This document shows, in pieces, positions 53,501-64,000 of a stretch of 64,000 nt of DNA. The position numbers and the translations under genes were made by a program. Source of the DNA: Eledone cirrhosa (lineage: Eukaryota); assembly GCA_964016885.1 (NCBI GenBank), contig OZ024742.1:288114001-288178000 (forward strand). Reading direction: 5' to 3'. Positions within the stretch are counted from its first letter, which is position 1, and each line of letters begins with the position of its first letter. The notes under the pieces are model-generated. The model was not told where the DNA came from. It saw only the letters and a list, made by a program, of their open reading frames with translations, and did no database searches.

Positions 53501-55600
53501 TATCTTCGTTTTTCCGAGTTCGGTTGCGAAGAAGGTCCGTGAGGAGTCTGGCTGCGTCGACACAATGAGGGATGAAACGCCTATAGAAATTCACCAAACG
53601 GAGGAATTCACGCAGTTTCCGAAGTGATGTAGGTGCGGGAAAATTGCGAATAGCTTCTACTTTCTCAGGAAGTGGACGAATGCCGTCTTTCTCAATGATG
53701 TGCCCGAAAAAGGACACTGAAGGAACGCTGAGAAGGCACTTGCTGGGGTTGATGATAATACCGTACTCGGCCAAACGTTGGAAAAGAAAATCTAAATGCT
53801 TCTCGTGTTCTTTCTCGGAAGTACTTTCTACTAGCACGTCGTCGATATACGCGTATACAAAGGTTAGATCACGTAACACGGTGTCAATAAACCGCTGAAA
53901 AGTTTGTGCAGCGTTGCGCAGACCGAACGGCATTCGCAGGAATTCAAATAAACCGAACGGTGTCGTGATTGCGGTCTTCGGAACATCGGCAGGCTCCATA
54001 GGTATCTGGTTATATGCTCGTACCAAATCTATCTTAGAAAAGATGCGTGCGCCTTGCAGAGAGGGAGAAAGGTCGTGCAAGTGAGGTACAGGGTAATTAT
54101 CGGGTACTGTGGAATTGTTGAGTGCACAATAATCCCCACATGGTCACCAATAATTCCCTGTTTCTTAGGAACAAGGTATAGGGGTGCAGACCAGTTTCTG
54201 GTGAAAGGGCGAATGATTCCAAGGACCAGCATGTGTTGAAACTCCTGTTTGGCGATTCTCAATCGGTCTGGAGGCAGTCTCCTTGGTCGCGCAGCTGTGG
54301 GTGGTCCTCTTGTCTCCATATGATGTGTGACACTATGCTTAATAGGTCCATCCTTAAATACCGGGCGAGTGATGTCTGGGTATTTCTGGAGAATGCAGTT
54401 GTAACGCGAAAGCTCTGACTGGCAAATTACAGGGCTCACTGTGGATTGCGTGGTAAATATACCTCTCACAGTGAGGTTTGTGGTGGTGTCAATAAGCCTC
54501 CGGTTCTTCATGTCCACCAGAAGGTTAAAGTGGTGGAGAAAATCGGCTCCTAAGATAGGGGTCGCCAGGTCTGCCACGACGAACACCCATTGAAAACAAC
54601 GCCTCAGGCCTAAATTGAGGGTTTTGAGATTTCTCTCCGAAAGTCGGAATTGACGATCGGTTCACTGCCTGCAGAAAGGACGGTCTTGGATGTCTTTTGC
54701 CCGATACTAGTGAAAGAGGAATAACACTAACCGAGGCTCCTGTATCCACGAGGTAACGGATGCCTGTGACTTTGGTCGTTGATAAAAAACACGACTTTTC
54801 TTCTCAGTACCAGGGGTGAACGTCGTCACTAGGCCCTGGTCTGCCCGTTTCCCTGGGTGGTATTCTGGAAAGAGCACGGGGCCTTGCACTTAGATGCCTG
54901 TGCGCCGAATTCTGCGTGATACCAGCAAAAGTTGCCAGACACACGATTTTGACTGGGACTTCTGGATCTTCGACGGGGAAAGGGCCTGGATCGACTGTTG
55001 CTGCGCCGCCGGTGTGTTTGAAAGGTCAGGTTCTCTAATTGATTTGAGAGGGCTTTAATTTAACCAGTCCGCTCTCTGATCATAGCCCGCAGCTCTGAAA
55101 TCTCGGCCTCTGTCGTTGGTTGTGACATGTTCATGTTGGTTTCTTGTTAGGCTGCTGTCTGGTTGCGTGTTCGAATCACGTCGGGGTCACCAATTGTAGA
55201 GACGTGGTTAGTCGGTCTGGTCACTACTTCTGATTGGATCTGAGAATAGCCCTTAAAAGGACTGTTATCTCATACGGTCTGATCGGATCTGAGGATAGCC
55301 CTTAAAAGGATTGCTGTCACATATGGTAAGGATGAACAGACGAAGCAAGAAGTTGAAAGGACGAGCAAGACGAGAGATGTAGTTTCGGTCAGCTATTTAT
55401 TTTCATACATGAAGCGACGATACAGGGGTACAAGGCGTGTATGAGTGACAAGGGTGGCAGAGGAGAGGAACAACGATACGCGAGGTGACTCTGCCAAAGG
55501 TCGACTCGCGAAAGCGTTTGGAACCACTCTATACAAAAATAATCGTTTGATGTTTAGCCGTAGGCGTTTTATTTTGGTGGCTTAAGGGTTGTTTGTTTCA
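50586..55600 (-). mobile_element. Ty3/Gypsy LTR retrotransposon, decayed (gag mostly deleted, pol frameshifted)
   Basis: 3' LTR 50586-51079 (TGTAG...CTACA), PPT ~51080-51093, 5' LTR 55195-55600 (U3-truncated), tRNA-Trp PBS 55175-55192, protease DTGAS, RT YIDD (53097-54080), integrase [20 protein letters not shown]. Confidence 0.95.
53097..54080 (-). pseudogene. Gypsy pol RT/RNase H fragment
   Basis: [29 protein letters not shown] motifs; internal deletion after RNase H. Confidence 0.85.
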
Positions 55601-55611
55601 AATGCTTAATG

Positions 55612-55619
<8 letters not shown>

Positions 55620-55686
<67 letters not shown>
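55620..55686. repeat. (GT)n microsatellite; (TA)n arrays at ~56808-56863 and ~57638-57718
   Basis: Direct inspection. Confidence 0.95.
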
Positions 55687-55688
<2 letters not shown>

Positions 55689-56693
55689 CAAAATGTTTAT
55701 ATATATATAAAATTTATACTTTAAATATATTCTACAGATATACTCTTATGAAAGAGATTTGTTATGGTTTATGCTTTGGATATATTCCAATGAATGAATT
55801 TTTAAATGTTAACACGTTATAGCAAACAAATTAATATTTTTAACAGTCATAACTGTATGACAGGTTAGAGTTGTAAATTTATAACTTGCTATAAAATAAC
55901 ATAAAATTCATACTCGAATTACATTATTAAGATGGATAATTAAATTTTTTAACATCTTAATTTTATAGCATTTAATCCTTAGAGCTATCTAAATTATTAA
56001 TAAATCGCTAGCAATTTCCTTTACGCTCTACTGCTATTACAAATAAGGGATTATTCTTCTGTAAACTCTCGGAAATTCCATGCGCTTAGAAATATTCGGA
56101 TATTTTAAACTTACAAATTTTTTAAAATAATTAATTAATAATTAATAAAATTATATATGGTTTTGTAATAATAACATTTTTTAATAATATATATTCTTTA
56201 ATAATATATAGGTCTCAACTTTAATAATCTAACATACACATTTAAACATTTAAACTACGGATTGAATTGATAACTTATTAATTAAGCATTTAATCAAATT
56301 TATTAATTAAACATTAGATAAATTCTTCAACTTATCTTTATTATTGTTTATCCATCTTTATTATTGTTTATTATTATTGTTTATCCATCTTACGGTATTC
56401 ATCCACGCTATATTTATTTATTCGCCTCTTCTCTCAAAATTACGCTATTCTCTCTCACTTAAATATACTCAGGGTTTTTTCTCTTTCTTTCTTTCGTTTT
56501 TTCTCTTTCTTTTCTCTTTTTTCCCTATTCCAACGGCTTAATTTAAATATACTGTTTTTAAACCTTTCCAACACTAATTTGCATAATAAACCAACAATAA
56601 ATCTAATAACTCCAATATCCAGGAGATTCCAGCCAGAATGGTTGCATTTTTTAAGGGTATGTCAATATTTATTTATAAAACTAACCTATATTA

Positions 56694-56759
56694 TATTTTA
56701 TCTGATGAAAGCGCACCATAGTTTGCTCTGGTGGCCCTTGAAATATGTATAATGAAATA
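56694..56759 (+). ncRNA. Type I hammerhead ribozyme motif (same family as 5948-6009)
   Basis: TATTTTAT-CTGATGA(56702-56708)-AAGCGCACCA..TGGTGGCCCTT-GAAA(56740-56743)-TATGTA-TA^ATGAAATA. Downstream AATAAATATGGTTTT..AAATATAGTTTCCATTT is shared with the 5.9-kb copy. Confidence 0.65.
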
Positions 56760-56804
56760 AATATGGTTTTATAAATATAGTTTCCATTTTCCATTTGTTA
56801 ATAT

Positions 56805-56866
<62 letters not shown>

Positions 56867-57074
56867 TATGTACACGTACATACATATATGTATACAGACG
56901 TACAGTAGTATGTATATATATATACATACATGCACACATATATATATATATATGTATGTATAGATTCACCGAACATTTATTATAATGCTCGGTGTGTTTG
57001 TAAACAAACATCCCGTATTAAGCCGTAGTGTCCAGCAACCATCGTTGCTCGTTTGTTCAACACTGACAAAGGAA

Positions 57075-57115
57075 CGCTGTACTAGTTTCAAGCTTATTAG
57101 CTATCGTCAGCAACG
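57075..57115 (-). ncRNA. Minimal type I hammerhead ribozyme (mirror copy)
   Basis: Exact reverse complement of 57334-57374. Confidence 0.75.
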
Positions 57116-57333
57116 TATACCTTCCTGCCAGATTGTTGAACGTATATACTTACCTTATGCATATTAAGTAACAGCCGTACTAAGAGTGGGAAATGAAATT
57201 TCGTTTCATTTTTTCCGTTTATCGTTTTCGGTGCACCCGGCCGATTAACCCACTCGATATGCAAATTGGGCTACTCAGCCGTTAATATGCATAAGGTAAG
57301 TATATACGTTCAACAATCTGGCAGGAAGGTATA

Positions 57334-57374
57334 CGTTGCTGACGATAGCTAATAAGCTTGAAACTAGTACAGCG
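57334..57374 (+). ncRNA. Minimal type I hammerhead ribozyme
   Basis: CGTTG-CTGACGA-TAGCTAATAAGCTT-GAAA-CTAG-TA^CAGCG: intact core, palindromic ACTAGT stem III, predicted GUA cleavage after 57369. Confidence 0.75.
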
Positions 57375-57635
57375 TTCCTTTGTCAGTGTTGAACAAGCGA
57401 GCAACGATGGTTGCTGGACACTACGGCTTAATACGGGATGTTTGTTTACAAACACACCGAACATTATAATAAATGTTCGGTGAATCCATACGTACATATA
57501 TATATATGTGTGCATGTATGTATATATATACATACTACTGTACGTCTGTATACATATATGTATGTACGTGTACATACTTATATTTAAGTAACAGCCGTAC
57601 TAAGAGTGGGAAATGAAATTTCGTTTCATTTTTCC

Positions 57636-57724
<89 letters not shown>

Positions 57725-57984
57725 AAAGAAACTACATGGCCATATGTCGGGTTAGGACCCATGACTTGATGATTGGAAAACGAACTTCTTATTGTAGCAA
57801 CATAACTGATGTAGGAAATTTATTGGGTGTGTATGTGTGTGAATTGTCAAGACTTACTGACGGGGATATATATATTATATACAAACACATGGCGCATTAT
57901 TATGGTCGCTATATATATATAAAGTCCAGTAACTCAAATAAGGTGCGTTCACTTGTTTTGCGACCTAGAATCGAAATTAACCTC

Positions 57985-58019
<35 letters not shown>

Positions 58020-58736
58020 GGTGGCTTCCAACTCGTTTTCGAGTACGGCCACTACTCTATATCCATGTAGGAGAACCCCTACCGATGCGCTGAACGAGTC
58101 CAGCCAGCGACTTGAAAACTCTGGTACAAACACTACACTTGTGACAATTATTGACACATAGTACTGGACCCATTGTACCCTGTGACGACAAGTGCAGAGA
58201 GATCTCCAGATATAAAGCAATGCCTGTGCCGTGAAGCTTTTATAGTGAGCAAAGGCACTGCACAAAGCCAGTCCCACTCTCTTAACCAAGATGATATTTA
58301 CCAAAAAGAAGAACAAGTCAACATCATTGGATACCATCAGGGTTGCAGGTGCTATATCAGAGTTTTCCTTCTCCTAGAATTCTGCCTTGACAAAGGCTAA
58401 GGGGTCATCTCTCCAGGTGATTTTGGATGGCCATTGACTCTATATATATATATTTATATATACACACACACACACAGAGGTTAATTCCGATTCTAGGTCG
58501 CAAAACAAGTGAACGCACCTTATTTGAGTTACTGGACTTTATATATATATAGCGACCTTAATAATGCGCCATGTGTTTGTATATAATATATATATCCCCG
58601 TCAGTAAGTCTTGACAATTCACACACATACACACCCAATAAATTTCCTACATCAGTTATGTTGCTACAATAAGAAGTTCGTTTTCCAATCATCAAGTCAT
58701 GGGTCCTAACCCGACATATGGCCATGTAGTTTCTTT
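57725..58736. repeat. Inverted repeat, ~290-bp arms (57725-58019 / 58440-58736)
   Basis: AAGAAACTACATGGCCATATGTCGGG...AATTAACCTCTGTGTG is mirrored. The spacer contains a repeat also seen at ~33850-34120. Confidence 0.9.
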
Positions 58737-58879
58737 TTTTTTTTTTTTATTTCAAAGTTAATTACGTATGACATTTGTACATATATGCTGAACATTTTTG
58801 TAATTAATCTTATAAATAAAATAAGAAAAAATATCTTTAATCATATGGAATTTAAACTATGAAATTTACACATGCAATG

Positions 58880-59700
58880 CTGCGACGTCACCTTAAAAAT
58901 AAACGCAACCATGCCTCTTCTGGTGAGATGTCATCTGGTGTACCACAGGGATCTGTTCTTGGTCCCTTTTGTTTGTGGCATATATTAATGACATAAATGC
59001 CAACTTAAATAATGCCACAGTACTGAAATATGCAGATGACATCAAGATGTACCTTGAGATAAAAATGACAGACCCTGACGATATAGATCTTGCCTGCAAT
59101 CTGACCTGGACACAATGCAACAATAGATCACGGACTGGCAACTAAGCTGGCTTTGGACAAGTGTACCACCATGCATTTTGGGAGTAAAAACCCAGTGTCC
59201 ACATACTCCCTCCACAACATTAATATGAAGAAGTCTTCTTGTGAACGTGACCTGGGCATTACTGTCAGCAGCGATTTGCGTTGGACGAAGCACGTCTCTA
59301 AAATTGTCAAGAAGGCCGAGGGTGTCTTGGCATCACTCAGCAAGACTTTTGTCAGCCGCTCTCCAGCTATCTATTTAAAGCTGTCTATAGCTATGGTGCG
59401 GCCACACTTAGAATTTGCATCAACACTTTTTCACGCTCAGAGTTGCTGAAGCATGGAACAAACTCCTTGCATCAGTTGTTAGCTGTCGAGACACTGCATC
59501 CTTTAAAACCTCCATGCTTCCTGAGATTCGCCAATACTACACCTAATATTCCCCCTCCACAAACACGCAGACATGTATATCATGACTCATACACTATTCA
59601 CTTCCCTGACATTTGTATATTATTCTATGTACTATACATGCACCTTTGATTAGTTGTAGTGCACCTGAGCACTGTACACAATAATTTCATCATTATTATT
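58880..59700 (+). mobile_element. CR1-clade LINE RT 3' fragment with internal deletion
   Basis: SGVPQGSVLGPFLFVAYIND, KYADD, ERDLG, VRPHLEFAS; (ATT)n tail. Confidence 0.85.
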
Positions 59701-59704
59701 ATGC

Positions 59705-59920
59705 TTCCTTGACGGTGAACAGGTGTGGTCGCCGTTTGCCAGACACACTTTTCCCCAACTCGTCTCCTTGACGGAGCTGCAGTCCTGGATCAGAAAAAGA
59801 CCGAGGGATAGCGCTTGGAAGCTGGAATGTCTCCAGGCGCTCACTCGGACCAGATTCGCCACTTTCACCCACCTTTCAACAAACTTACTAGAAGACAGCA
59901 CTTTTATAAAATCTTGGTTT
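59705..59920 (+). mobile_element. Probable LINE (Tx1-like) post-RT fragment
   Basis: GC-rich coding-like piece LDGEQVWSPFARHTFPQL... between the CR1 tail and the LTR; family assignment is tentative. Confidence 0.4.
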
Positions 59921-60396
59921 AGGTTTGTAGCGGTTGTCTCCCTTGTTGTGACTCACAACCCCAATAGATTAACAACATCTAGACGGGAAGTAGAACCCTT
60001 TCTGTAACTTCCGGCAGAGCCCTATAAAACGAATAGCCTTCGGCTCTCCCCCTCTCATTTGCCCTTCCGGCGCCTGGCCTTCGCCAGGCGTCTCGCTTTG
60101 CCTGGCAATCAAAACGGTAACTACTAACTTTGCTTCATTCTATCATCTATTACTTTGACATGCCAACTATACTGTTCTATATATATCCATGATTGTTAAT
60201 TAAATATTATACACACAAACCATGCCTCGTTTTGTTACATTCATACAACCCAGTATCTTCGCTATATTGGTAACCCTGACGTGATACGAACACGCAGCCG
60301 TTCATCGCTAAAAGTGGTGACCCCCGACGTGATATTTAAAAAAACAAAAAAACAATGGGAAATGGTATACGGTGTATCTAATATGATATAAGACAC

Positions 60397-60428
<32 letters not shown>

Positions 60429-60799
60429 TATAACACCTACAATTATTGACACGCGGACAAACCACAATTGTATAAATGTTTTCACCATTCTCTTTTCTCT
60501 CCTTTTCTGCCTTTCGCTTCTCTCGCAGAAATTTTTTTATGAGGATGACAAGATGGAGTCTCTCTTCTCCTTAAATAGTGTTTTGGCGCGAAATAGTCCG
60601 CCATGTTGGATTTTTTTGTTGTTGAGTTTTTAGGTTCCCCGAAATTAACGTAGATAACAGCATTCAAGTAATCGCTTGTTCGCACACTGTCCCGGATGCA
60701 TTAGTTTTCCGGTTCAGTGGTCTGACGAAAGATTTTAGTTTTCATTTCCTGTTACCTTAGAGACATTTTTCCCAAACGGTAGATTACTACGGCATACCA

Positions 60800-61594
60800 A
60801 TGGCTTCCCACTCTGTTCTGCCAACGTACACGGGCGACGTAAGGTTATGGTTCTCGCAATTAGAAGCTTTCTTCAGGGCGAACAGAGTCGACGAGGAACT
60901 ACAGCATTCTGTGGTCCTCAGTGCAATTCCGCCGGCAATTCTCCCAGCGGTCAAGGACCTCGTGTTGGAGGCAACGACAGAATCGTCGTACGCGTCTCTG
61001 AAGGCTGAAATACTCAGCCGGACAGAACAGTCGTCAGAGAGGAGATTTAGGGCTCTGGTCCACCTGGAGCACATAGGGGATGGCACACCATCGAACCTCC
61101 TTAGGCGGATGAAGGACCTAACGGAGGGGTCTGCAGCGGAAACTGCCCCGCTGAAGCAGTTGTTCTTTTCGCGCCTGCCGACAAACGTACAGGCAATTTT
61201 GGCCCCCATGAGGGATTCAAGCTCGGTTGAGCAGCTTGCCTCATCGGCGGACAAAATATTCGAGGTGACAAATGCCGGAGACAGCGACCCCCTCGCCGCT
61301 GTTCAACACCCAGCTCGGGCCACACACGGCCATGCGATCTACGCGGCAGCACCAACAGATAGCTTGGCTATCATTGCGATGCAAAGGTCCATTCAGGAGC
61401 TCACCATGGAGCTCCACAAGATGAAGGCCTTGTGTGGTGGCTGTTTGCGATCCCGCAGTCGCGGGAGATCGCAAAGTTTCAGACGGCGGTCCAAATCACC
61501 AGCTTCAGCCTTATGCTGGTACCACGAGCGATTCGCGGAGAACGCGAAGCACTGCGTGCAACCTTGCTCCTATCATAAGGCGGGAAACGCATAA
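60800..61594 (+). CDS. Gypsy Gag
   Basis: [15 protein letters not shown]-rich stretch and CWYH..F...A..C..PC knuckle. Confidence 0.88.
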   Translation: MASHSVLPTYTGDVRLWFSQLEAFFRANRVDEELQHSVVLSAIPPAILPAVKDLVLEATTESSYASLKAEILSRTEQSSERRFRALVHLEHIGDGTPSNLLRRMKDLTEGSAAETAPLKQLFFSRLPTNVQAILAPMRDSSSVEQLASSADKIFEVTNAGDSDPLAAVQHPARATHGHAIYAAAPTDSLAIIAMQRSIQELTMELHKMKALCGGCLRSRSRGRSQSFRRRSKSPASALCWYHERFAENAKHCVQPCSYHKAGNA

Positions 61595-64000
61595 GAGGTC
61601 CTCTGATGGGGACAGATGGCCTCAACATAAAGCCACCAAACCGCCATTTCTTCATTAAGGACCTAATATCCGGAAGAGGTTTCCTCGTGGATACAGGAGC
61701 CTCCTGTAGTATCTGGCCGGTCCATTGCCTGAAAGATACCCCCATAGAGTCATCTGTCACGCTGCAGGCAGTTAACCACTCGTCTATAAAGACGTACGGG
61801 CAAATCTCGCTCCCTCTTAAATTCCTAAATCTTCGAAGGGATTTTAAGTGGATTTTTACGGTTGCCGATTTGCCATATCCCATCTTAGGAGCGGATTTCC
61901 TCCACAACTGCTCTTTAACTGTGGACGTCCGTGGCCAGCGCCTGGTGGATAACATCACCGGCTTTTCAATTCATGGCCAGGAAGCCAAGGCCCCAATAGT
62001 CAGCCCCGTGTTCTTTATCGCTGCCGCTGGTGACGCTTACCATGCGTTACTGGGTTCTTTCCCGGAGCTCACGGATAGAAATTTTCGAGTCACTGACCCA
62101 ACACACTCGACCGAACATTTTGTTTCCACCACCGGTGCCCCAGTGTTTTCGCGTCCACGCCGCTTACCGACGGAAAAATTAAAGGCGGCACGGTCCGAGT
62201 TCGACCATATGCTGCAGCTGGGCATTATTCGCCCATCTACGAGTCCTTGGGCTTCACCGTTACACATGGTGCCCAAGACTTCCGGCGACTGGAGACCCAC
62301 GGGGGATTATAGGAGGTTAAATGCCATGACCGTCCCGGATAGGTATCCCATTCCCCATCTCCACGATTTTGCATCTTCACTGCAGGGGTGTAAGATTTTT
62401 TCTAAGTTAGATTTAGTGCGAGCCTACCACCAAATTCCGGTCAGGAAGGAGGATATTCCGAAAACTGCAATTACAACCCCTTTCGGATCATTCGAATTTT
62501 TGACCATGCCTTTCGGACTCAGGAACGCCGCTAGCACTTTTCAGCGGTTCATAGACGAGGTCACGCGTGGTCTGGACTTCGTCTATGCTTACATAGACGA
62601 TATTCTCGTCGCTAGTTCCTCTCCAGAAGAGCATATGCGCCACATGCTTCTCTTACTTCGGCGACTTCAGGATTACCGCGTTCGCGTGAATCCTGCAAAG
62701 TGTGTTTTCGGTTCCACTTCCCTACATTTTTTAGGCCACCTCATCGACGCCGAAGGTATTAGGCCGCTCCCTGAGCGAGTTCAAGCCATACAGGAGTTAC
62801 CGCCGCCTACTACACTTCACCAGTTGCGTCACTTCTTCGGCCTAATCAATTTCTATAGGCGTTTCATTCCTCATTGTGCTAATTGGCTATCTTCCCTTAC
62901 TGACATTTTAAAAAATCGTCGTAAGAAGAATGAAGACATTTCCTTGACACAAGGACAGCTTCAGGACTTCCAGTCTGCCAAGACAGCCCTCGCTAGTTCT
63001 TCTTTGCTAGCCCACCTGGTACCAGATGCCAAGCTTTCGCTTTGTGTTGATGCATCTGATACCGCTGTGGGAGCAGTTTTACAGCAGTCTTACGCTGAAA
63101 ACCAACAACCTTTGGCATTTTTCTCGAGGAAGTTGAAACCAGCAGAAACGCGTTATAGCACGTTTGGGCGGGAATTATTAGCCATATATCTGTCGGTGAA
63201 ACATTTCTCTCATATCCTTGAGGGGAGAAATTTTACGGTTTTTACCGACCACAAACCGTTGACCTTCGCTTTGAGGGCCAAAGCCGACAGATATTCGCCC
63301 AGAGAGACAAGGCATCTGGACTACGTTTCACAATTTACAAACGATATCCAGCACATTGCCGGCTCGCACAACATAGTTGCAGACGCATTATCACGTTTGC
63401 CAATTAGCTCCATCTCGTCGTCCCAGGATATCGATTTAGGTCGTTTAGCTGCAGACCAACCTGCACTCCAATCGTTGGACACTCTTTCTACTGAATTTGC
63501 GACTTGCATTTTCAAATATCTGCCCTTGTCCACCACCGACAGGCAGATTCTTTGTGATGTATCCACTGATGCACCACGACCACTTGTTCCTGAGACTCAC
63601 CGTCGAATCGTGTTCCTGACTCTGCACAACATTTCTCATCCAGGATCTGCTGCCACAGTTAAACTCATAACAGCCAGATTCTTCTGGCCTAATATGAGGC
63701 GCGACATTGCTGCTTGGTGCCGTTCCTGTATCGCTTGCCAGAAATCGAAGATCCATAGACACATCCGGACTCCACTGGGTACTTTCACCACTCCAGATGC
63801 TCGGTTCCAACACATCCACATTGACATCGTTGGACCTTGGCCATTCAGCAGTGGATATTCCTACATATTGACGTGTGTCGATCGTTTTTCGCGATGGCCT
63901 GAAGCCATCCCTTTACAAGACATGACTGCTGAGACTGTAGCACGTGCCCTGGTATCAGGGTGGGTTACCCGCTTTGGGGTACCAACTACACTCACCACAG
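61582..64000 (+). CDS. Gypsy Pol (PR-RT-RH-IN), -1 frame relative to gag, runs off the window
   Basis: Read codon by codon with no stop: [32 protein letters not shown] zinc finger, HIDIVGP. Slippery G GGA AAC at 61582-61588. Confidence 0.92.

Larger units (their letters stand above)
56861..57582. repeat. Long inverted repeat (56861-57167 / 57282-57582), spacer start directly re-duplicated at 57584-57641
   Basis: Arms are near-perfect reverse complements; the ORF track shows mirrored translations. Confidence 0.95.
59926..64000 (+). mobile_element. Ty3/Gypsy LTR retrotransposon, apparently intact up to the window edge
   Basis: 5' LTR 59926-60266 (TGTAGCG...CGCTATA, TATA-like CTATAAAA ~60021), two tRNA-Trp PBS copies (60268, 60315), gag, and pol in the -1 frame. 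Confidence 0.93.

Noticed and set aside
55161-55192. tRNA-Trp gene
   Set aside because: Only the 3' 32 nt are present, with encoded CCA and adjacent to an LTR. This is a primer-binding site.
55690-56690. Penelope RT/GIY-YIG coding remnant upstream of the 56.7-kb hammerhead
   Set aside because: AT-rich and plausible by position, but no convincing motif could be read. Needs tBLASTn or an HMM search.

Overview
AT-rich, repeat-dense eukaryotic DNA, most likely from an octopus or other coleoid cephalopod. This is inferred from the effector-less single-exon C2H2 arrays and the tRNA-SINE/RTE repeat landscape, not from a database search. Host genes: (1) a complete spliced kinesin-14 (KIFC1/Ncd/XCTK2-like, C-terminal motor) on the minus strand, rebuilt by hand as 15 coding exons (29405->10615, about 659 aa), largely missed by the ORF track; (2) three C2H2 zinc-finger loci: intact 12-finger (356-1429, -), 6-finger (38680-39273, +) and a frameshifted ~12-finger inverted paralogue (42350-43476, -). 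The rest is mobile DNA: CRE-type, RTE, Tx1/L1 and CR1 LINE fragments, tRNA-SINEs, mariner, piggyBac-type MITEs, a Helitron-derived relic, and two tRNA-Trp-primed Ty3/Gypsy elements (one decayed, one with open gag and pol to the window edge). The most notable unannotated signal is a set of Penelope-type (type I, mostly minimal/dimeric) hammerhead ribozyme motifs: four with intact cores, one core point mutant and two degenerate long-stem-II copies. Three of them cluster at 56.7-57.4 kb, two lying in the arms of a long inverted repeat. Both Gypsy elements also carry an unusually long (~32 nt) copy of the tRNA-Trp 3' end next to a local rearrangement.
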